DNA of 64,000 nucleotides from a plasmid. This document shows positions 37,936 through 47,379 of the stretch, piece after piece. Position 1 is the stretch's first letter. Each line of letters starts with the position of its first letter. The stretch lies in sequence record NZ_CP084013.1; one strand, given 5' to 3'. A program made the translations under genes and the position numbers. The notes beneath the pieces are model-generated. The model saw only the letters and a program-made list of their open reading frames with translations. It made no database searches and was not told the DNA's origin.

Positions 37936-40900
37936 GTGCCCGAAGGACAGAAGAACACGGTATTCATGTTCAAGAGCCTCGAAGGCTTCAAAGAGGTTGA
38001 GACCCTGCCCGGCAACAACGTCGGCAATCTCGTGGACGACATCGAGTTCTCCCGTTCCTACAAGTTGACCTATGACAAGAACGCGTCCGACGCGACCGGC
38101 AAGGTCCCGTCGAATCAGCGTGGCAGGGAGAACGCCGTCGAGCCCGCCGAATCGAAGACTACCGGAAACGTGAAGACGGTGGCGGATAATACGTCGAATC
38201 TGCCGGACCATCTGGTGAACGGCACGTTCGATTATCGCGGCAACGAGATCATCAACGAGAACCAGAGGGTCTACGGCGGGCACGACACAACCTACCTCGC
38301 CATGATCAGCGCGAAGACCGGCATCATCGGCAACCCGCTGCACAGCAAGCTCGACAATTGGGATTCCGGCAAGTTCGGCTGGAAATCCAACGACGACACC
38401 GCCGGCGTCGACGCCGTCGAGGTGCAGCGCCGCAACCACACCCCGTATCCGACCAACGCGGGCAACGTGTGGGGCGAGATCGCCGCAGCCAAGCGAGGCA
38501 AGTACATCTACCAGGACATCGCCACCACGCCCGGCGTCGTGTACAGGTGGAGCCTCAAGCACGCGTCCCGCAACTCGGACCAGGACGACAGCATGCAGGT
38601 CATGATCGGCGAACCCGGAGCCGAGGCCGTGCAGGAGGCAACCCGCACCACATCCAACGGCACCGACAAAGTCGGCGAGAAGTCCACCACGATCACCACG
38701 CACGGCACCGCGCAGGACGGCAGATGGGAGACCTATACCGGCGACTACCTCGCCACCTCGACCACGACCCGCTTCACGTTCAGGAGCGTCAGGGACTCCA
38801 ACGGTCAGGGCCTCGACTTCACCGCCGAAGGCAACTGCGTCGACGACCTAAGCTTCGACAAGGCGTACAAGCTCTCTTACGACAAGAATTCTTCGGACGC
38901 GACCGGCAGCGTGCCATCCAATCAATACGGCAAGGAGAACACCGTACAGCCCGCCAAGTCCAAGACCACGGGCAGTGTCGGACTCGCGGCTGACAAAACC
39001 GCTTCCGGCCTGACGGTGCATGATCTGAAGAAGAACGACAAGGGCAAGGTGCCCTCCAATTCGAAGGCGGATTCCACGCAGCCGGCCGCGTTCAAGGCTC
39101 CGGACGCCAAGGTGGAGACCATCGCCTCCAGGGCCGCGGGCGACGAGCTGGCCGTGAACGGCGGGTTCGACACCCCGAAGTGGACGATCGCCAAGGAGGG
39201 GCAGGGCCTGCCCTGGGTGTATGTGAAGCCCAATGCGGGCACGATCCGCTCCTACGCGCAGGCCATGGCCGGACAGACGGGCGTGAAGGCCGGCGGCCTG
39301 ATCGCCGGCGCCTCCACCAAATACCCGTGGGACGACTGGACCGTCGTCGACCCGATCAACGGCAGATACGCGCGGCACATCGGCGTCGATAAGGACCCCT
39401 GGGCGCCAATCCCGGGATGGGACGCCTCCAAATTCGCATGGAAGTCAACCCAGACCAAGGGAACCAACTGGCAGCAGATCGCACAGGGAGTCGAACTACA
39501 GAAGGACTCCAAGACCGGCAACCAGTACGCGGAACTCGTCGCGGGACAGGCGGGCACCGCCCTCTACCAGGACATCGCCACCATCCCGGGCGTGTCCTAC
39601 CGCTGGGAGTTGAAACACGCCAGCCTCGACAGGACCCACCTCGACGGGATGAGCGTCATGATCGGCGAACCCGGCAAGGAATCCGCCCAAGACGCGACGC
39701 GAACCACCGTCAACGGCAACGGCGACCAGCCGGGCGACGTCGGCAAGGTCATCTCCACGAAGGTGCGCAACAAAGCCGAACTGGGCGGCAGCTCGAACCA
39801 TTCCAGCCGTAACCATGACGGGCAGTGGGAGACCTACACCGGCACGTACATCGCCACCGGGACGGTCACCCGCTTCACCTTCAAATCGGTAAGCTCCAGC
39901 AACAACGTCAACGGCAACATCCTCGACGATCTGAGCTTCACCAAGGCCTACAGGCTCGGCTACGACGCGAACGGCGGAACCGGCCAAGTGCCCTCGCGCA
40001 CCGAGACGGGCAGGACCGAAACCGCCGCATCCGGGACGGATGGCACGGTCAGGCTTGCGGCCGACAAGAGCGCCGGACCGGAATCCGGAACCATCGCGGA
40101 CGACCGCAGGGTGCTGACCGACACGACCGCCAGACAGGATGACGGGACCAGCCAGCGGACGATCACCCGATCCGACGGTTCCGTGCGCGTGGAGACCATC
40201 GCCACGACGGGCGCCGTATCCGGCTGCCAGGTCTATTATCCGGCCGGCACCAGGATCACATTGGCGACCGCGAAGGCCGACTCCGACTGCTGGGATTCCA
40301 GCCAGATCGGCAAGACCAACCGCACGTTCTACGGTTGGAGCGCGAACACGGACGCCAACGACAGGGACGTGCCCGTCGGCGACACCATGGACCGGAACAC
40401 GCTGAACGCGAACGTCAGGACGGAAATCGTCATGCCCGCCAGGGCGAAGACCGTATACGCGTTGTGGGCCATCAACCCCACGCTCTCCTACAACGTGAAC
40501 GCGCCCGCCGGCAGCAACGCGCCCGGCACGCCCGCATCGCAGACCGTGCCCTACAACACGGCCGCCGCCGACAAATCCGGTTGGGCGGCCGGCGACACGG
40601 GCAAGATTCCCGGCTACCGGTTCGACGGCTGGTACACGGCCCCGAACGGCGGAAACAAATACGATTTCAACACGCCGCTCACCGGCAACGTGACCGTGTA
40701 CGCGCACTGGGTCGGCAACGGGTACACAGTCAGATTCGCCGGCAACGGGGCGACCGGCGGCGGCACCCCGGATCAGGCGTTCCAATACAACATCGGCCAG
40801 AACCTGCACCGGAACGGGTTCGTCCGCGACGGATACACGTTCACCGGGTGGAAGCGCGCCGACAACCAGCAGGCGTACGGCGACGGCCAGTGGGTCACGA

Positions 40901-42588
40901 ACCTGACCACGCAGCCGAACGGGATCGTCACCATGGTCGCCCAATGGTCGGCCAACGAGGCCCACATCCGCTACAATCCGAACCCGCCCGCGGGCAAGAC
41001 CACGGGAGGCCAGGGCACCCCCAACTGGGATGGCCACACCGGAGACACGCCGACCATCGGCCAGAACGGCTGGACGATCGACGGGTACACGTTCGCCGGC
41101 TGGGCCACCAGCCCGGACGGGAGCGGCGCCAGGTACGCGCCGGGAGCCAGGTGGACGGCGAACGGCACGCTCACCCTGTACGCGCAGTGGACGCCCGGCC
41201 AGGCCAGCCTCACCTACGACGGCAACGGGGCGACCGGCGGCAAGACCGACCCGCAGACTGGCAAGACCGACGAGAAGATCAACGTGCGCGACAACGGATT
41301 CACCCGCGACGGCTACACGTTCGTCACGTGGAACACTCAGGCCGACTGCAAGGGCAATGCAGTGAAACCTAACAGCGAGTGGACGTTGCGTGGTTCCAGC
41401 ACCCTATATGCCTGCTGGGCCGGTAACGCACAAACCCTCACCTATCACGGCAACGGCGCAACCGGAGGCAACACGGCTGTACAATCCGGCAAGACCGGTG
41501 ACGAACTGACCACAAACGCCAATGGTTTCACCCGCGACGGATACACGTTCGTTCGTTGGGACACCGCCAAGGACGGTTCCGGCACCGCATACGGCGAAGG
41601 CAAGAACGGCGTCAGCCAGTACGTGATGAAGCCAGCAGGCAACGACCTGTACGCCATCTGGAAGGCAAACCCGGCAACCATCCAGTACCGCAACGACTGG
41701 CCGAACACCACAGGCAGCACACCCGACACCACCGGCAACACCGGCGACACGGTGACCATCAGCCAGAACAGCTTCGACCGTCCAGGCTACACGTTCACCG
41801 GCTGGAGCACCAGCAAACGCGGCGACCCAAGCCTGCAACCGGGCGACAAACACACGCTTGAACCGAGAACCACCACCGTGTGGGCCCAATGGAAGGCCGA
41901 CCCCGCACACCTGGTGTACAACAGCAACATCGGAACCGTCGGCTCGGAAACCAAGACGGTGGACGGTGTTGTCGACCAGACCGTGAAGACCATCACGAAC
42001 CCGTTCGACCGTCCTGGTTACACATTCTCCGGCTGGAACACGCAGGCCGACGGCAAGGGCAAGGCATACGCCACGGGAGCCGACTACGTGCTGACGGCCA
42101 ACGACAAGTCCACGCCGAAGAACACCTCCGTGCTCTACGCGCAGTGGAAAATCAACGGTGCCAGCCTGAAGTTCAACCCGAACGGCGGCATCGGCCATGT
42201 CGATGACGTGACCGGCGACGCCTTCTCCACCGTCACCATCCCCGGTGACGCGAAGGAGCCGAAGATCACCCGACCCGGCTACCGGTTCGTCGGATGGAGC
42301 ACGGAGAAGAACCCGCCCGCAGGGAGCACTTTCCTGCAGCCGGGCGAAGGCAAGGTCACACTGCCCGCCGAAGGCAGCACCACCGTGTACGCCCAGTGGG
42401 AGCCGAGCCTGACCACCCTGCCGTTCACGGGCGGACAGGCCCAGGTGCCGACCATCTGGCTGTACGCCGGATTCGCGCTCATGCTGATCGCGCTCGGCGT
42501 GATGATGCCGATGCTACGCATGCGCATGGCCGCAACCAAGCGCACCGGTAAGCACATGCCGATCACCGGCGGAAAGCACGCGAAGTGA
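37936..42588 (+). CDS. Listeria-Bacteroides (Flg_new) repeat surface protein with LPXTG signal; N-terminus missing (no signal peptide; frame begins mid-domain)
   Basis: More than 10 GYTF(T/S)GW repeats; C-terminal LPFTG + TM + KRTGKH; the first residues align to the end of an internal repeat domain. Confidence 0.65.
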   Translation: MPEGQKNTVFMFKSLEGFKEVETLPGNNVGNLVDDIEFSRSYKLTYDKNASDATGKVPSNQRGRENAVEPAESKTTGNVKTVADNTSNLPDHLVNGTFDYRGNEIINENQRVYGGHDTTYLAMISAKTGIIGNPLHSKLDNWDSGKFGWKSNDDTAGVDAVEVQRRNHTPYPTNAGNVWGEIAAAKRGKYIYQDIATTPGVVYRWSLKHASRNSDQDDSMQVMIGEPGAEAVQEATRTTSNGTDKVGEKSTTITTHGTAQDGRWETYTGDYLATSTTTRFTFRSVRDSNGQGLDFTAEGNCVDDLSFDKAYKLSYDKNSSDATGSVPSNQYGKENTVQPAKSKTTGSVGLAADKTASGLTVHDLKKNDKGKVPSNSKADSTQPAAFKAPDAKVETIASRAAGDELAVNGGFDTPKWTIAKEGQGLPWVYVKPNAGTIRSYAQAMAGQTGVKAGGLIAGASTKYPWDDWTVVDPINGRYARHIGVDKDPWAPIPGWDASKFAWKSTQTKGTNWQQIAQGVELQKDSKTGNQYAELVAGQAGTALYQDIATIPGVSYRWELKHASLDRTHLDGMSVMIGEPGKESAQDATRTTVNGNGDQPGDVGKVISTKVRNKAELGGSSNHSSRNHDGQWETYTGTYIATGTVTRFTFKSVSSSNNVNGNILDDLSFTKAYRLGYDANGGTGQVPSRTETGRTETAASGTDGTVRLAADKSAGPESGTIADDRRVLTDTTARQDDGTSQRTITRSDGSVRVETIATTGAVSGCQVYYPAGTRITLATAKADSDCWDSSQIGKTNRTFYGWSANTDANDRDVPVGDTMDRNTLNANVRTEIVMPARAKTVYALWAINPTLSYNVNAPAGSNAPGTPASQTVPYNTAAADKSGWAAGDTGKIPGYRFDGWYTAPNGGNKYDFNTPLTGNVTVYAHWVGNGYTVRFAGNGATGGGTPDQAFQYNIGQNLHRNGFVRDGYTFTGWKRADNQQAYGDGQWVTNLTTQPNGIVTMVAQWSANEAHIRYNPNPPAGKTTGGQGTPNWDGHTGDTPTIGQNGWTIDGYTFAGWATSPDGSGARYAPGARWTANGTLTLYAQWTPGQASLTYDGNGATGGKTDPQTGKTDEKINVRDNGFTRDGYTFVTWNTQADCKGNAVKPNSEWTLRGSSTLYACWAGNAQTLTYHGNGATGGNTAVQSGKTGDELTTNANGFTRDGYTFVRWDTAKDGSGTAYGEGKNGVSQYVMKPAGNDLYAIWKANPATIQYRNDWPNTTGSTPDTTGNTGDTVTISQNSFDRPGYTFTGWSTSKRGDPSLQPGDKHTLEPRTTTVWAQWKADPAHLVYNSNIGTVGSETKTVDGVVDQTVKTITNPFDRPGYTFSGWNTQADGKGKAYATGADYVLTANDKSTPKNTSVLYAQWKINGASLKFNPNGGIGHVDDVTGDAFSTVTIPGDAKEPKITRPGYRFVGWSTEKNPPAGSTFLQPGEGKVTLPAEGSTTVYAQWEPSLTTLPFTGGQAQVPTIWLYAGFALMLIALGVMMPMLRMRMAATKRTGKHMPITGGKHAK

Positions 42589-43562
42589 CGGCAGCGGCCG
42601 AAACCGACGTGTGGGAGAGCGTCGCGGATGCGGTTCGCGACAAGCGGGCGCGCGACAATCGCGCCCGCCGGCTCGTCCGCCATTCCCGGATCTACGCGGT
42701 CGCCGCAGTCATCTGCCTGATCGCGGGCATGGTGCTTGTCGCCATGCCCCGCATCCAGCAGACGCTCGGCGACCGCGCCGTTGACGAGCAGGCGCGATCC
42801 GTCAGCCAGACGGCCGCGCTGTTTCCGGAATCCTCCCGTCAAAGCGTCATCCAATCTGCCATCGCATATAATCAGCGTCTTTATGAAGGCGGTCAGCCAC
42901 AGATAGGCGAACCTGTGTTCGATGGGAAGACCGAGGGCAATTTCGAGGGCGATGCCGAATACCGGCGTCAACTGTCCGTGAATGGGTTGGATGCCATGGG
43001 TGAGATTCTGATTCCGAAGATCAGCGTCGACATGCCCATCCTCCACGGAGCTGGTCAAGATGTGCTCGAACATGCGGCCGGCCATCTGGCGGGCACCAGT
43101 CTGCCTATCGGTGGCAAGAATACGCGCACCGTAATCACCGGTCATTCGAATCTGAAAGGCGCGACCCTGTTCACCCGGCTCGGTGAACTCGAAGACGGCG
43201 ACCCGTTCTATATCAAGGTCATGGGTAACACGCTCGCCTATCGAGTCACCAGCAAACGCATCGTCTCTCCTACCGACACGAAATCGTTGCGTGTCCATAA
43301 GGGGAAGGACGAGGTCACGCTCCTCACCTGTACGGGGCAGGGCAATACGCTGCGACTGCTTGTCACGGGGGAGCGCAACAGCATGCCCGATCAGGCCCCC
43401 TTGCCCGGAGATGCCACGGGGGACGTAAAAAAGGCGGCTTTTGTTTCGGGCGTCACCGTGACGGGGATATTGGCTGTCGGATTTTCGCTTTGTCGCAGTC
43501 GGCGTGCCGTGGGTCATCATATAGGTTTGCCACAGACACACGATAGCGACAATTTGCGTTAG
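42585..43562 (+). CDS. sortase (class C-like, with C-terminal membrane anchor)
   Basis: TLLTCTG catalytic Cys motif, VITGHSN His motif, N- and C-terminal TM segments; 4-nt overlap with the LPFTG-protein gene. Confidence 0.75.
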   Translation: MTAAAETDVWESVADAVRDKRARDNRARRLVRHSRIYAVAAVICLIAGMVLVAMPRIQQTLGDRAVDEQARSVSQTAALFPESSRQSVIQSAIAYNQRLYEGGQPQIGEPVFDGKTEGNFEGDAEYRRQLSVNGLDAMGEILIPKISVDMPILHGAGQDVLEHAAGHLAGTSLPIGGKNTRTVITGHSNLKGATLFTRLGELEDGDPFYIKVMGNTLAYRVTSKRIVSPTDTKSLRVHKGKDEVTLLTCTGQGNTLRLLVTGERNSMPDQAPLPGDATGDVKKAAFVSGVTVTGILAVGFSLCRSRRAVGHHIGLPQTHDSDNLR

Positions 43563-43668
43563 TAAAAAAAAGTGTTACTATATGTTTGTGAAACAAAAAC
43601 ACGTAATCTCCCGACATCGGGGTAAACCCGAAAAGGAAGACACATACACGAGAAAGAAGAAACTCCCC

Positions 43669-46617
43669 ATGACACACGGCATCACCAAGATCACAGTGGC
43701 AACCACCGCCGTGATGGCAACCCTTGCCGCTCCGGCAGTCGCAATGGCCAACGAAACCACAACCACCGGCGACCAAACCAATCAGGCAATCACACAGGCC
43801 CAAGACAGCATCCAGCAGGCACAGCAGAGCACCACCGAAGCCAACCAGGCCATCGCACAGGCATCCCCGACCGGCGTGACCGAAGCACAGGCCAAGGCCG
43901 ACGCCGCCGCAGCCGCACTGGACACCGCCAAGCAGAACCTCGACGCCGCCGCCGCCCAGCAGCAGACAGCCGCGAACGGCCAGCAGCAGGCCCAGAAGAA
44001 TTATGACGACGCCAACAAGGCCCAGCAGCAGGCCGCACAGGATGCGACTGGCACGGCCGACAAGATCGCGGCCGCGCAGCAGGCCGCGAACGCCGCGTCC
44101 AACGCCATCGACGACGCCAACAAGGCCATGCAGCAGGCCTCCGACAACCAGTCGAAGGGCGAAACCGACAAGCAGGCCGCACAGGCCGCGAAGGATGAGG
44201 CCACGGCCGAATCCGCCTCCCATCAGCAGGCTGCCGACAAGGCCCAGACCGATATCGATGCGGCCGACAGGCAGGCCACGGACGCGCAGAAGAAGGCCGA
44301 TGCGGCGGATACCGCCATCAGTGATGCGCAGAAGAAGGCCGACCGGGCCGATGCGGACGCGAAGAAGGCCGCGAGTGACAAGGCCGCCGCCGAGAAGGAG
44401 CTGACGGAAGCCAGGAGGCAGCAGGCTTCGGCGACCGGCGACAAGACGAAGGCCGACGAGGCGGTGAACGCCGCGCAGGCCAAGCTGGATGCGGCCCGGC
44501 AGGCCGAGGCCAAGGCGCTTGAAGCCAAGCGGAAGGCCGACGCCAAGGTCGAGCAATTGTCCAAGGATGATGGAGGTCTTTCCGACCTGGCCGCGAAGCT
44601 CGAAGCGGCGAAGAAGGCCGCAGCCGATGCCGCGGCCGCCCAGCAGAAGGCGGAACAGGCGCAGAAGGATGCCGATAAGGCGGTGTCCGACTCCTCTTCC
44701 AACGCCGAGGCGAAGCAGCAGGCCGCCGCCGATGCCAAGAGCGAGGCCGACGCCAAGAAGGAAGCGGCAGACGAGGCTCAGGACAAGCTGTCTCAGGGCG
44801 CAGTGGCCTACTTCGGCGACAAGGGTGCCTCTCAGGCAGTCAAGGTTCTCACCGATCCGACCGTCACCGAGTATCTTGACGCCATTCATAATGGCGCCAA
44901 GGGTGATGCGACCACGTTGGACAACATGATCGAGGCCCTGAAGTTCATCCAGGAAGCCAATCAGCTTCGCGCGAAGGAAGGCCTGCAGCCCCTCAAGGTC
45001 AGTGACACCCTGATGGCACAGGCCATGGCGGATGCGGATTATGCCAACAACAACGTGAACCATCCACTTCAATTCCCCGCCAGCGAAAACCTCGCCTGGG
45101 GTTACACTGATCCCTTTAAGGGCTGGTACGACACGGAGAAGTCCATGTATGAGAAGGACATGTCCGACGGTGTCCTGGATTGCAAGGCCTCGGACGGCAA
45201 GCCCGTCAAACCCTGCGCTTATGGCCATTACACCACGCTGGTCAACCCCGATTTGACCCTCACCGGTTTCGGCGTCAGCCAGAACGGCAACATCACGGGT
45301 ATCGGCGGGAACACCCATAGTCAGCTGTTCACCGAAAACGCTAACGGAATCGGCTCCGACGCGGGCCGCATCATGGACGTTGACGCATACCTGACTGATT
45401 TGACTGCCTACCGTGATTCCCTGACCGGAGCCGACGCCGCATACCAGACCGCATTGTCCAAGAGCAAGCAGGCCGCACAGGACGCTTCCGATGCGGCCAA
45501 GGCGCTGGCCGCCGCCCAGCAGTCCGCGCAAAAGGCCGCTGAGGAAGCCCAGCAGGCCGCTCAGAAGGCCAGGGATTTGCAGGCTGCCGCCGACGAGGCG
45601 CAGAAAGCGTATGACGAGGCCGTGAAGGCGAACGAGGACAAGGCCAAGGCGTTGGAGGAAGCCAGGAAGGATCAGACGGCGAAGAACGAAGCGTACTCCG
45701 CCGCCCAGCAGTCCACCAAGGAAGCCCGGTCCGAAGCCGACGCCGCCACCGACGCCCAGACCGCAGCCCAGACGGCAGTGGACAAGGCGAACACGGCAGT
45801 CACCGCCGCACAGGCGAAGATCGATACCGCCGACAAGCTGGCCCAGACCGCCGCCAAGAACAAGACGGATGCGGAAGCCGCGATCAAGCAGGCGAACACG
45901 GACAAGACGAAGGCCGCAGCCGACCTGGCCGACGCCAAGGCAGCCAAGGCCGAGGCCGAGAAGGTCAAGCAGGCCGCGCTCGACGCCAAGACCGTTTCCG
46001 ACGCGAAGGTTGAAGCCGCCGCCAAGCAGGTCAAGGCCGCCGACGAGGCCATCGCCGACGCCAAGGCCGCATACGCGAAGGCGAAGGACGACCTCAACAC
46101 GGCCACCGGCAAGCTCAACGACGCCCAGAACACCATCAAGCGTCTGCAGAACGCCGAGGAGAACCTCAAGAAGGCGAACGCGAAGCTGACGGAAGCGCAG
46201 TCCAAGCTGGACGAGGCGAACAAGGCCAAGGATGAGGCCGACAAGGCATACGAGAAAGCCAAGGCCGACTATGATGCCAAGCTCGCCGACAAGCAGGCGT
46301 CCGACAAGGAGCTCGCCGCCGCCAAGCAGGCCGAAGCCGAAGCCAAGAAGCAGGCCGAGGAGGAAGCCAAGAAGCAGCAGGCGGCCCAGCAGAAGGCCGA
46401 CCAAGCCAAGAAGGATGCCGAAGCCAAGAAGCAGAAGGCCGAACAGGCCAAGAAGCAGGCTGCAGGTGTGACGAACAATGGTCTGGCCTCCACCGGATCG
46501 GACACCACCGCAATCGCCACGCTGGCGGCGATCATGACCATCGCCGGTGCTGGCTGCGTGCTCGTGCGTGTACGTTCCGCCAAACATGCCGATGGATGGC
46601 ATGCAGTCGAGGACTGA
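43669..46617 (+). CDS. M-protein-like Ala/Gln/Lys-rich coiled-coil surface protein containing a CAP/SCP (PR-1-like) domain, LAXTG signal
   Basis: Signal peptide; long AQKADA.. heptad-like repeats; GHYTTLVNP CAP motif; C-terminal LASTG + TM. The ORF may instead start at 43582. Confidence 0.65.
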   Translation: MTHGITKITVATTAVMATLAAPAVAMANETTTTGDQTNQAITQAQDSIQQAQQSTTEANQAIAQASPTGVTEAQAKADAAAAALDTAKQNLDAAAAQQQTAANGQQQAQKNYDDANKAQQQAAQDATGTADKIAAAQQAANAASNAIDDANKAMQQASDNQSKGETDKQAAQAAKDEATAESASHQQAADKAQTDIDAADRQATDAQKKADAADTAISDAQKKADRADADAKKAASDKAAAEKELTEARRQQASATGDKTKADEAVNAAQAKLDAARQAEAKALEAKRKADAKVEQLSKDDGGLSDLAAKLEAAKKAAADAAAAQQKAEQAQKDADKAVSDSSSNAEAKQQAAADAKSEADAKKEAADEAQDKLSQGAVAYFGDKGASQAVKVLTDPTVTEYLDAIHNGAKGDATTLDNMIEALKFIQEANQLRAKEGLQPLKVSDTLMAQAMADADYANNNVNHPLQFPASENLAWGYTDPFKGWYDTEKSMYEKDMSDGVLDCKASDGKPVKPCAYGHYTTLVNPDLTLTGFGVSQNGNITGIGGNTHSQLFTENANGIGSDAGRIMDVDAYLTDLTAYRDSLTGADAAYQTALSKSKQAAQDASDAAKALAAAQQSAQKAAEEAQQAAQKARDLQAAADEAQKAYDEAVKANEDKAKALEEARKDQTAKNEAYSAAQQSTKEARSEADAATDAQTAAQTAVDKANTAVTAAQAKIDTADKLAQTAAKNKTDAEAAIKQANTDKTKAAADLADAKAAKAEAEKVKQAALDAKTVSDAKVEAAAKQVKAADEAIADAKAAYAKAKDDLNTATGKLNDAQNTIKRLQNAEENLKKANAKLTEAQSKLDEANKAKDEADKAYEKAKADYDAKLADKQASDKELAAAKQAEAEAKKQAEEEAKKQQAAQQKADQAKKDAEAKKQKAEQAKKQAAGVTNNGLASTGSDTTAIATLAAIMTIAGAGCVLVRVRSAKHADGWHAVED

Positions 46618-46636
46618 TTCTCACCGCACCAAACGT

Positions 46637-46681
46637 GTTTTGCCCGCCTTCGACCCGAAACAGGGGAGAGGCGGGCAAAAC
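46637..46681. terminator. strong bidirectional hairpin terminator
   Basis: 13-bp perfect stem GTTTTGCCCGCCT / AGGCGGGCAAAAC. Confidence 0.5.
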
Positions 46682-46766
46682 CGTATTCCCACATACCGAA
46701 GCAAAACGGTAGCTTCTTTTGTTACTATCAGAAAAAAGTCAGTGAATTGCGTGAAAGGGTCTGGCT

Positions 46767-47084
46767 ATGAACGATGTGGGCCATGCGCCACTCCCAGGCG
46801 ACGTGCTGCTACACCAATACCTGCAACCAAACAACATCACCATGTACCGTCTGGCGAAAGCCATGAACCTGCCACAAACCACCATCAGTGGCCTGATACA
46901 CGGGAAAAGACGCATCACCACAAGCCTCGCATACCATCTCGCCTACGTGTTGGGCACATCACCGGAATACTGGCTGGAATTGCAGATGAATTACGACATT
47001 GAAAACTACGACAAATTCAACGAAAGCGGACTGACGGTCCTCATTGATAATACGGTCGGCGACACTGTCCAATCAGAACGATGA
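46767..47084 (+). CDS. HigA-type HTH antitoxin-like protein (orphan)
   Basis: ...ITMYRLAKAMNLPQTTISGLIHGKRRITTSLAYHLAYVLGTSPEYWLELQ; no higB-like ORF immediately upstream. Confidence 0.55.
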   Translation: MNDVGHAPLPGDVLLHQYLQPNNITMYRLAKAMNLPQTTISGLIHGKRRITTSLAYHLAYVLGTSPEYWLELQMNYDIENYDKFNESGLTVLIDNTVGDTVQSER

Positions 47085-47379
47085 CGAGCAGAAGAATCCG
47101 CTAACGCCAGTTTCGTCCATGCCCACTTTGATGGCCTCGATTCCGCCAATTCGTTTTCCGCTGCCGCGCATTGTACTGCTGAGAATATTCTGTGCCGGCG
47201 CTTGTCCTTGTATTTTCTCCCTCGGAGTGGCTGAATAGGGCTCGTTTCCATTGGTTTGCGTTCATAGAATTCTTTCTTAGTTGGGAGAGGGGACTTCTTA
47301 TTGAGAACTATTCCTATCTGACATAAGATACATTATCGGCTAAAAAACGATTTTAGGATAATGCTTGTTTCGCTTCCCC

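Noticed and set aside
43453-46602. 1049-aa minus-strand ORF antisense to the coiled-coil surface protein gene
   Set aside because: Its translation is leucine/glycine-repeat junk mirroring the Ala/Gln/Lys codon repeats of the sense strand. The sense strand has a signal peptide, CAP domain and LASTG anchor.
46690-46766. Searched for a higB toxin gene upstream of the HigA-like gene
   Set aside because: Only 85 bp of non-coding sequence lies between the terminator and higA, and no toxin-sized ORF is present.
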